IMG/VR virus record: IMGVR_UViG_2713896903_000003
Strand: one strand, 5' to 3'
DNA: 5,539 bases
Source: a virus
Lineage: Duplodnaviria; Heunggongvirae; Uroviricota; Caudoviricetes
Every line of letters starts with the position of its first letter. Position 1 is the first letter of the stretch. The translations under genes were made by a program, and so were the position numbers. Under the pieces are notes generated by a model. That model ran no database searches, was not told the origin of the DNA, and worked only from the letters and a program-made list of their open reading frames with translations. Below, piece after piece: positions 1-5,137 of the stretch.

Positions 1-30
1 TTCCTACCGTTGTGAATGCTTCAGGCCAGG

Positions 31-546
31 TCATCGCAAAACATCCTCTGCACTTATCAGTTCGTTCCGCTTCAGGTAGTCCATCGCCTTCTCCGGTAAT
101 TTGCAGTCTGGATTAGCTTTTTTCAGTTGACTGACCAGTCGTTTAACCCACATTGTTAATTCGCCAACCTGATTACTGGATGCTAGTGGATTGTCGGCTT
201 TACCCAGAATGACAGCACAGCAGGCCTCCTTGAGTACCCAATCAACAGCATCTTTCCATGCTCCTGTTTCGACTGGTGGATTCTCACGCTTTACCTGTTC
301 ATAAAAGCGCACGGCTTTAACCAGTCCTTCTGATATCACCGGGACTGGCGGGGTAGTGAATAAGGCCTGAATCTCATAGCTCGGCCTGTCGTTGCCCCCC
401 TCTTTTGTCGGTACATATTTCCAGTCACCAACCCACCTCTTCTCCTGAAAGTCCGTAACGCCTTTTTTCACGTAGCGATATCGCCATGCAACTGGTTTTG
501 CCTGCTCTGCCGTTTCATGCCCTTCCTGATAATTAATCTCGCTCAT
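31..546 (-). CDS. Hypothetical phage protein, 171 aa
   Basis: Full ORF with ATG at 546 and TGA at 31-33. GAGTGGGG SD-like sequence just upstream on the minus strand. Its start overlaps the stop of the upstream small ORF (ATGA at 543-546), indicating translational coupling. No family recognised. Confidence 0.6.
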   Translation of the reverse strand: MSEINYQEGHETAEQAKPVAWRYRYVKKGVTDFQEKRWVGDWKYVPTKEGGNDRPSYEIQALFTTPPVPVISEGLVKAVRFYEQVKRENPPVETGAWKDAVDWVLKEACCAVILGKADNPLASSNQVGELTMWVKRLVSQLKKANPDCKLPEKAMDYLKRNELISAEDVLR

Positions 547-719
547 TCATCGCCCCACTCATCACAATATGCTTCGACCGGAGTTTTTCCTGCTTCGTAG
601 TCATCACGCCAGGCTTCAGCATCAGCAGCACTTCCACCACGTAACTCGGCATAGTCCATTAACAGTTCATGCCATTCTTCAAAACTGACGTTGTATTTAG
701 TTGAACCAAAATCAGCCAT
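543..719 (-). CDS. Small hypothetical protein, 58 aa (MADFGSTKYNVSFEEWHELLMDYAELRGGSAADAEAWRDDYEAGKTPVEAYCDEWGDE); below the ORF-track size cutoff
   Basis: Hand translation of the minus strand. ATG at 719-717 preceded by GAGGAAG SD at about 8 nt. Stop TGA 545-543 overlaps the ATG of the 171-aa gene (ATGA). It fills the otherwise empty 547-711 gap in a tightly packed leftward operon. Confidence 0.5.
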   Translation of the reverse strand: MADFGSTKYNVSFEEWHELLMDYAELRGGSAADAEAWRDDYEAGKTPVEAYCDEWGDE

Positions 720-894
720 TTTGTTCTTCCTCTTCGTCTTTTATTTCGTGATATGAGTAATTGCAGTAGTTAAAGAAAATTTCTTTTGCTTCGTCATGAA
801 TTTCATCAGGTGTTGCGTCATCGTCCACTTCGAATATATCCTCAAAATCTCCACCAGCTATTCCAGTTTCAATAATTATTTTGAACTTTCGCAT
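712..894 (-). CDS. Small acidic hypothetical protein, 60 aa
   Basis: ORF with ATG at 894. Its stop (714-712) overlaps the start of the 58-aa ORF by 8 nt (ATGGCTGA). The upstream AGGAG is separated from the ATG by an 18-nt hairpin (see findings). Highly acidic C-terminus; no family recognised. Confidence 0.4.
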   Translation of the reverse strand: MRKFKIIIETGIAGGDFEDIFEVDDDATPDEIHDEAKEIFFNYCNYSYHEIKDEEEEQNG

Positions 895-987
895 TTCACT
901 GCCGCCCTTTCGGGTGGCCTCCTGCTGTTCTGAGGGTGTAGAAATCCCTCCGGTTAAGGATCGAATTTTTAACAGTGCTAAATTTAA

Positions 988-1344
988 TTATTCAGTTCTG
1001 GATTTTGTCACCCTGCGTATCCGCGCTTTCGCGTTACGCTCAATCTGAATTAACTTTTCTATATTTTTCCGTCTTTCCTGTTCCTCCTGGCGCAATAGCC
1101 TTACATCATCTGCCAGTCTGGTTTCTCTTTTCGCCACAGAGAGCATCCAGTCAAATGGCTCCACAACTGCACCGCAGATTTTACAGCGGACCTGACGCTC
1201 TTTTTCGTCAACCCGGACAGAAGCGTGATGGCAATATGGTCTTTCCGATGGCTCATAAAGAAAATTAACCTGATTACGAGGGCCATCCTCTTTTACCGGA
1301 AATAAAACGATATTGCTTAACTCATCTTCTGGTTTTATTTCCAT
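988..1344 (-). CDS. Hypothetical protein with putative zinc-binding motif (C-H-H ... C-x2-C) and basic C-terminal tail, 118 aa
   Basis: ATG at 1344 preceded by a strong AAAGGAGAGGAG SD at about 6 nt. The ORF track extends it to a GTG at 1401 (137 aa); the ATG is preferred because of the RBS. Motif YCHHASVRV...CKICG read from the translation. Function unknown. Confidence 0.6.
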   Translation of the reverse strand: MEIKPEDELSNIVLFPVKEDGPRNQVNFLYEPSERPYCHHASVRVDEKERQVRCKICGAVVEPFDWMLSVAKRETRLADDVRLLRQEEQERRKNIEKLIQIERNAKARIRRVTKSRTE

Positions 1345-1568
1345 GCTCCTCTCCTTTGATGCGAATGCCAGCGGTAATTGAAGCCTGATAGCTAATTTCA
1401 CTCACAGTACCGCCTCCTGAAAATTACCCTGATAGAAAGCCAGTACACGCTGCATAGCTTCGCTCTTCCGGCACTCGCGACAGATTATATTCAGGCGCCT
1501 GTCGTAGCGGCGTATTTCTCCGTCTGGTAATGACCAGATAAGGTCCGGATCAATCACAGATGTTTTCT

Positions 1569-1823
1569 TCAGATTTGCCCTTGAGAGTTTTTGCGGGCGT
1601 TTTGCCAGTCCTTACGGGCCTGTTCAGACGGGAATAACCCGTAGCCAGAGTTGTATACATCACCACTGGCAACCAGCTCTCTGGCGAGAATGCTCATCAG
1701 ATATCTTGTCGCACCTGTCTTGACTTCCAGTTGCCGTAACGTCTCACGCCCACTCTGGCGTACGAGTTCAACAACCTGCCCTTTAATTTTTTCTCGCTCT
1801 TCTTGTGTAAAAACTTTTGCCAC
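1569..1823 (-). CDS. Hypothetical small protein, 84 aa, possible HTH-like
   Basis: GTG start at 1823 with AGGAGG SD 4 nt upstream (minus strand). Directly downstream of the replication-initiator gene. No family recognised. Confidence 0.55.
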   Translation of the reverse strand: MAKVFTQEEREKIKGQVVELVRQSGRETLRQLEVKTGATRYLMSILARELVASGDVYNSGYGLFPSEQARKDWQNARKNSQGQI

Positions 1824-1863
1824 AAGTCCTCCTGAAAATTACCTCGTGACCTGAAATAAACAC

Positions 1864-2934
1864 TTACCCCCTGAAGCCCGGTGGAATTTCGGTATCTGGT
1901 TCAGAAATGTGATTCACGCAACGCTGGTTGTTCGTACCGCTTACCGGGAGCAACCAGGGGTTTTCAAAATTCCGGTCCGGTCCAAAAAACGTCGTCGCTC
2001 GCTGAACAAATTCCGTTCCCGTTTTCCCGGTAGCCGCCAGGTATCTTGCGTAACGCCTCACACCATCCAGCATGGCTTCTGGTGGCACCCCCTCGCGTAA
2101 TCTGGCCTTCCAGGCACTGAAAGCGGATTTCTTCGGGTTTGCCCCGGCACGCAACGGGTACTCCCGCCAGACCTGTTCGAACACATCCGGATAATCCACT
2201 CGTCCCACAGACTGCCCGGTGTTTTCCGGGACTACCCGATCGGCTTCCCGCTGAATGGCGGAATCGGCTTCAGGCTGCTGCAGTTGGTGTGATTGCTCCG
2301 GCCTTGCGGTCATCACCTGCTGCACAGCGCCCGAATCGGCTTTCAGCGCATACGCTGAATCGGCTTCCGGTGTCGTGCCTGCTGGCTGACCAGGATTGAC
2401 GGTCTGAACACCCCCTGCCTGGTTCGTGGCGTTTTTTACGCCATGGACCATAGTGTTTTGATCTTCTTGATCTGTATCTTTATCTGTATCTTTATCTGTC
2501 GTGACTCGTCGTGACATGTGCGTGACATTTCGTGACGCGCCGTGACAATCGCCATTTTGTTCCCGCTTTCTTTCCCTCTCTCGCTGCGCCCTCTTGCGCT
2601 CTGCAGGAGATTTTGCGGTTTGCGAAATATTGCCGTTGTCCTCTTTAAGCACTTGGCGTTTTTCCCATCCAGTGATTAAATCACCATCAAGTACCCGCCC
2701 CTGCATCGTCTGCAAAATTGAATCAATTACCTCTTCTGTCACGTCGAGCGCACTTGCCAAATCTTCTGTCGTGACATCAATGTGACCTCGCGTGACATTT
2801 CGTGACGCGCTCACCAGGAGGTGGATATACACTGCCATCACTGTTGCAATTGGCTGCCCTGACACCCTGGCAATTGTTCGCCACTTAGGGTCATTTGGCA
2901 TGTCATGCCATAATCTGAGCCAGGCGTTAGCCAT
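1864..2934 (-). CDS. Putative phage replication initiation protein (O-like replisome organizer), 356 aa, with origin-like iterons inside the coding sequence
   Basis: Long ORF. Preferred start is ATG 2934-2932 with AAGAGGTGA SD; the track begins at GTG 2940. N-terminus (AWLRLWHDMPNDPKWRTIARVSG...VYIHLLVSAS) fits the winged-helix pattern of phage/plasmid replication initiators, and the C-terminus (FEQVWREYP...AFSAWKARL...NPWL) fits a motif common in such initiators. Sits where lambda O sits, downstream of the cro/cII equivalents. Contains two CGTGAC iteron arrays. Confidence 0.7.
   Translation of the reverse strand: MANAWLRLWHDMPNDPKWRTIARVSGQPIATVMAVYIHLLVSASRNVTRGHIDVTTEDLASALDVTEEVIDSILQTMQGRVLDGDLITGWEKRQVLKEDNGNISQTAKSPAERKRAQRERERKREQNGDCHGASRNVTHMSRRVTTDKDTDKDTDQEDQNTMVHGVKNATNQAGGVQTVNPGQPAGTTPEADSAYALKADSGAVQQVMTARPEQSHQLQQPEADSAIQREADRVVPENTGQSVGRVDYPDVFEQVWREYPLRAGANPKKSAFSAWKARLREGVPPEAMLDGVRRYARYLAATGKTGTEFVQRATTFFGPDRNFENPWLLPVSGTNNQRCVNHISEPDTEIPPGFRG
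2470..2499. repeat. Tandem 12-bp repeat ATCTGTATCTTT (about 2.5 copies), encoding (TD/KD)n in the initiator protein
   Basis: Read directly: atctgtatcttt at 2470-2481 and 2482-2493, then atctgt at 2494-2499. Immediately abuts iteron array 1. Confidence 0.8.
2500..2546. repeat. Iteron array 1: five direct CGTGAC repeats at 10/11/10/10-bp spacing (candidate origin of replication)
   Basis: CGTGAC at 2500, 2510, 2521, 2531 and 2541, i.e. helical-turn phasing. Lies in the middle of the initiator gene, analogous to lambda ori inside O. Followed by a pyrimidine-rich tract encoding a K/R/E-rich linker. Confidence 0.65.
2732..2810. repeat. Iteron array 2: four direct (C/T)GTGAC repeats plus one inverted copy; the final 20 bp are identical to the end of array 1
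   Basis: GTGAC at 2771, 2782, 2792 and 2802 (11/10/10 spacing). Inverted CGTGAC at 2738-2743. tcttctgtc duplicated at 2732-2740 and 2762-2770. cgtgacatttcgtgacgcgc is identical at 2791-2810 and 2521-2540. Confidence 0.6.
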
Positions 2935-3005
2935 ACTCACCTCTTTTGATACCGAATCTTTTTACTCACAAATTGCCGGAAGTGATCCGGTATGAATATT
3001 GCGAG

Positions 3006-3431
3006 TCAATGCACAGCCACAATATTTCCTGCAGGGCCACCACGATTCATCTGGTTGAAACCAGCGATCGCCACTGCGACAAAATCATCAGCGTCTCTCA
3101 CCAGTCGCTCCCGCGTCTCCACCAGCTCCCGAAAATAAGCTGAACTGTGGCTGCGCATTCTGGCCACCAGCAAAGGTGGCATTGCCTTTTCGATCGCTGG
3201 TAACAACGCCTGAATTTTTTCAACTGCATCAGGGGTGTCTTTCTCTACCCAGCGGAAAATTTTCTGGGTATTGCGAGCCAGGGCTTCCGGATGGCTGTCG
3301 TCATACAGTTCAGGAAACGTCATACCCAACTCAAAATAAGCCTGGGTTATTCCAGCTGCTGGAACTTTTTCGCCATCAGGACGCGCCCAGGCATTCATCG
3401 CCATGCGGATGTGTTCATGCTTGATTTTCAT
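3006..3431 (-). CDS. ydaT: YdaT-like protein (functional CII equivalent of Rac/CP-933P-type prophages), 141 aa
   Basis: ATG at 3431 overlaps the TGA of the upstream HTH gene (ATGA). GGAG SD 8 nt upstream. Size and position, second gene after the Cro-like HTH, match the ydaS-ydaT arrangement. Name assigned from memory of that family, not from a search. Confidence 0.6.
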   Translation of the reverse strand: MKIKHEHIRMAMNAWARPDGEKVPAAGITQAYFELGMTFPELYDDSHPEALARNTQKIFRWVEKDTPDAVEKIQALLPAIEKAMPPLLVARMRSHSSAYFRELVETRERLVRDADDFVAVAIAGFNQMNRGGPAGNIVAVH

Positions 3432-3730
3432 GAATCAACTCCATCAGATAAGCATGCACTACAATCACCTTCAGCATGAACTACATGTGTTTGCCCCAAA
3501 CGAATACCGCTCGCATACTCAGGCCAAATAAGCTCCCAATCATGGGGTCGTAGCTCCGCCCTACTTACTTGGCCTTCCGTCGCAGATTCGATCATAAGGG
3601 CGCGGGTTGGAGATATAGCTGCTCGTCCAGACGCCATTTGCGATAAGTAAGATGGCGATACACCAAGTCTGGCCGCGAATTTCTTAGCATCACCAACCCT
3701 CAATGATTTAATAAACTCTTTTAATGTCAT
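3428..3730 (-). CDS. ydaS: Cro-like XRE-family HTH regulator (YdaS-like), 100 aa
   Basis: ATG at 3730 with GAGGAAGG SD. HTH signature (AKKFAARLGVSPSYLSQMASGR). Divergent from the repressor gene across an operator-rich intergenic region; translationally coupled to the downstream gene. Confidence 0.7.
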   Translation of the reverse strand: MTLKEFIKSLRVGDAKKFAARLGVSPSYLSQMASGRAAISPTRALMIESATEGQVSRAELRPHDWELIWPEYASGIRLGQTHVVHAEGDCSACLSDGVDS

Positions 3731-3827
3731 ACCTTCCTCGGTTTAGTGTTTTTTTGCGAGTTTAGTGTTTAATAAACCATTAAGTCAAGTATTTGCTTGT
3801 TTAGTGATTACTAAAGATAATTACCAC
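3731..3827. promoter_or_regulatory. Divergent promoter/operator region (OR-like genetic switch)
   Basis: Three direct GTTTAGTG repeats (3741-3748, 3760-3767, 3799-3806). Perfect inverted repeat GTTTAaTAAAC (3767-3777). Imperfect palindrome TTAGTGATTACTAA (3801-3814). Leftward candidate promoter: TTGACT (minus, 3788-3783) with TAAACT at 18-nt spacing. Rightward candidate promoter: TTGCTT (3793-3798), 17 nt, GATAAT (3816-3821). Confidence 0.6.
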
Positions 3828-4199
3828 ATGCAAAAAAAAGAAATTCGCCGTTTACGTCTCAAGGAGTGGTTTAAAGATAAAACTCTGCCACCCAAAGAGA
3901 AGAGCTACCTATCTCAACTAATGAGTGGGAGGGCCTCGTTTGGAGAAAAGGCTGCCAGAAGAATAGAGCAAACATACGGGATGCCGGAAGGGTATCTGGA
4001 TGCGGAATACGCAGAACAACCGGAAGCTTCTCCACCACATGCGGGGTTAACGTCTAATCAACTGGAATTATTGCAGATTTTTTCAGCCTTCCCTGAGGAT
4101 GAGCAACGCCAGATAATCAGCGAGTTAAAGCAGAAAAAAGAATCAATGGAAGATCTCATAGCGAGATGGATTGCGGCGCAAAAATGCCGCCGCGCCTGA
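3828..4199 (+). CDS. paaR2: Prophage repressor / transcriptional regulator of the three-component TA operon (PaaR2-like; DicA/cI functional analogue), 123 aa
   Basis: ATG at 3828 preferred over the GTG at 3765 used by the ORF track. No SD, and the -10 ends 6 nt upstream, suggesting a leaderless mRNA like lambda cI from PRM. N-terminal HTH-like segment (LSQLMSGRASFGEKAARRIEQ). Divergent to the Cro-like gene. Symbol from memory of the CP-933P module. Confidence 0.65.
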   Translation: MQKKEIRRLRLKEWFKDKTLPPKEKSYLSQLMSGRASFGEKAARRIEQTYGMPEGYLDAEYAEQPEASPPHAGLTSNQLELLQIFSAFPEDEQRQIISELKQKKESMEDLIARWIAAQKCRRA

Positions 4200-4219
4200 G
4201 TTATAAAACCGGAGGAAAC

Positions 4220-4411
4220 ATGAATAGAGCCCTTTCACCAATGGTTTCTGAATTTGAAACCATTGAACAAGAAAACAGTTACAACGAATGGCTGCGCGCG
4301 AAAGTAGCAACGAGCCTTGCAGATCCGCGCCCAGCAATTCCCCATGACGAAGTTGAGCGCAGAATGGCAGAACGCTTTGCTAAAATGCGCAAGGAACGGA
4401 GCAAGCAGTAA
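4220..4411 (+). CDS. paaA2: Small antitoxin-like protein (PaaA2-like), 63 aa
   Basis: ATG 4220 with GGAGG SD. Stop TAA 4409-4411 lies 1 nt before the toxin ATG. Small, charged, likely partly disordered protein immediately upstream of a ParE-like toxin. The ORF-track start at 4166 is rejected as it has no RBS. Confidence 0.65.
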   Translation: MNRALSPMVSEFETIEQENSYNEWLRAKVATSLADPRPAIPHDEVERRMAERFAKMRKERSKQ

Positions 4412-4412
4412 A

Positions 4413-4691
4413 ATGTTACCCGTGTTATGGCTTGAAAGCGCAGATACCGACCTAGATGATATAACTAGTTATATTGCTCGTTTCGACATAGATGCGGCTG
4501 AACGCTTATGGCAGCGATTAAGGGGTTGTGTGCTGCCGTTATCCGAACATCCGTATTTATACCCACCAAGCGACAGAGTACCTGGCTTGCGTGAGATTGT
4601 AGCCCACCCTAACTATATAATTCTATACCGCGTAACAACATCAAGCGTTGAAGTAGTAAACGTGATCCACGCAAGACGCCAGTTTCCCTAA
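4413..4691 (+). CDS. parE2: ParE/RelE-superfamily toxin (ParE2-like), 92 aa
   Basis: ATG 4413 tightly coupled to the upstream gene. C-terminal pattern REIVAHPNYIILYRV...VEVVNVIHARRQFP is typical of ParE/RelE-fold toxins. The ORF-track start at 4317 would overlap the antitoxin gene and is rejected. Confidence 0.7.
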   Translation: MLPVLWLESADTDLDDITSYIARFDIDAAERLWQRLRGCVLPLSEHPYLYPPSDRVPGLREIVAHPNYIILYRVTTSSVEVVNVIHARRQFP

Positions 4692-4752
4692 CTTTCACTA
4701 CCAATAGAAACATAACAACCGCAACGACTTTATCAAAAGCGTTGTGTTTGTT

Positions 4753-4794
4753 ACGCCCCGTGGTTTAGTTTTTACTTGACTTAAGTTTAATGTT
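4753..4794 (+). promoter_or_regulatory. OL/PdicB-like rightward promoter with operator: TTGACT (4766-4771), 16 nt, TAAACT (4788-4793); inverted repeat GTTTAtTAAAC (4782-4792); GTTTAGT half-site (4753-4759)
   Basis: Sequence cttgacttaa...gtttattaaac is the reverse-complement counterpart of 3767-3789 in the OR-like region, so the same repressor likely binds both. Oriented toward the ydfA-like operon. Confidence 0.5.
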
Positions 4795-4980
4795 TATTAA
4801 ACTAAAAAATACCAACCCCCCCCGCCCCACAGAACGCCGGGCAATACTTCGAGTTACCAGGCAGTGGTCAGGGGTTAAGTAGCCAGCCCGAGGCGTAAGA
4901 ACATGACGGCAGGGTTCAACTTTAACTATGCAGCAGGTTTTTGTTCCGCTACCCCGGCGTTAAGGGGAAATGAGGTCAAC

Positions 4981-5136
4981 ATGGATACTATCGATCTTGG
5001 CAACAACGAATCTCTGGTGTACGGCGTGTTTCCCAACCAGGACGGCACGTTCACCGCGATGACGTATACCAAAAGCAAAACGTTTAAAACCGAAAATGGT
5101 GCCCGTCGCTGGCTGGAAAGAAACTCAGGTGAGTGA
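4981..5136 (+). CDS. ydfA: YdfA-like small protein, 51 aa
   Basis: ATG 4981 with GAGGT SD. An in-frame ATG at 4903 (77 aa) is an alternative start. Size and position, first gene after the repressor-controlled promoter, match ydfA of the Qin dicB operon. Symbol from memory. Confidence 0.55.
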   Translation: MDTIDLGNNESLVYGVFPNQDGTFTAMTYTKSKTFKTENGARRWLERNSGE

Positions 5137-5137
5137 T

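Noticed and set aside
901-918. Intrinsic terminator downstream of the zinc-finger-like gene
   Set aside because: The GC-rich hairpin is not followed by a U-tract on either strand. It is better explained as a structured SD-AUG spacer (see findings).
975-1268. Plus-strand 97-aa ORF, and the minus-strand 61-aa ORF at 1101-1286
   Set aside because: Both lie within or antisense to the better-supported zinc-finger-like CDS (988-1344), have no RBS, and have low-complexity translations. Likely spurious frames.
2470-2550. Possible CRISPR array
   Set aside because: The repeats are 5-12 bp, contiguous or 10-11 bp apart, with no unique spacers, and lie inside a CDS. They are iterons and coding tandem repeats, not CRISPR.
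2976-2990. Terminator-like hairpin CCGGA-agtga-TCCGG between the ydaT-like and initiator genes
   Set aside because: Only a 5-bp stem with no U-tract. Too weak to call; at most a minor RNA structure in the intergenic spacer.
1651-2995. Plus-strand ORFs 1651-1854, 1909-2100, 2139-2399, 2594-2785 and 2792-2995
   Set aside because: All are antisense to the long minus-strand 84-aa and initiator ORFs and lack convincing start contexts. They read as shadow ORFs of a GC-rich coding region.
2946-3479. Plus-strand ORFs 2946-3143, 3176-3424 and 3291-3479
   Set aside because: Antisense to the ydaT-like gene and the 3' end of the ydaS-like gene, with no RBS. Inconsistent with the clear leftward operon organisation.
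3765-3827. GTG start at 3765 giving a 144-aa repressor (ORF-track call)
   Set aside because: The extension would be translated from inside the operator/promoter region and encodes a hydrophobic, operator-derived peptide. ATG 3828 with an immediately upstream -10 (leaderless arrangement) is more plausible.
4143-4411. Minus-strand 64-aa ORF 4143-4337 and the extended plus-strand antitoxin start at 4166
   Set aside because: The minus-strand ORF is antisense to the antitoxin gene. The 4166 start lacks an RBS and overlaps the repressor stop, whereas ATG 4220 has a GGAGG SD.
4317-4412. Extended toxin ORF starting at 4317 (124 aa)
   Set aside because: It would overlap the entire 3' half of the antitoxin gene in another frame. 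ATG 4413 yields the canonical ParE-size protein of about 92 aa with stop-start coupling.
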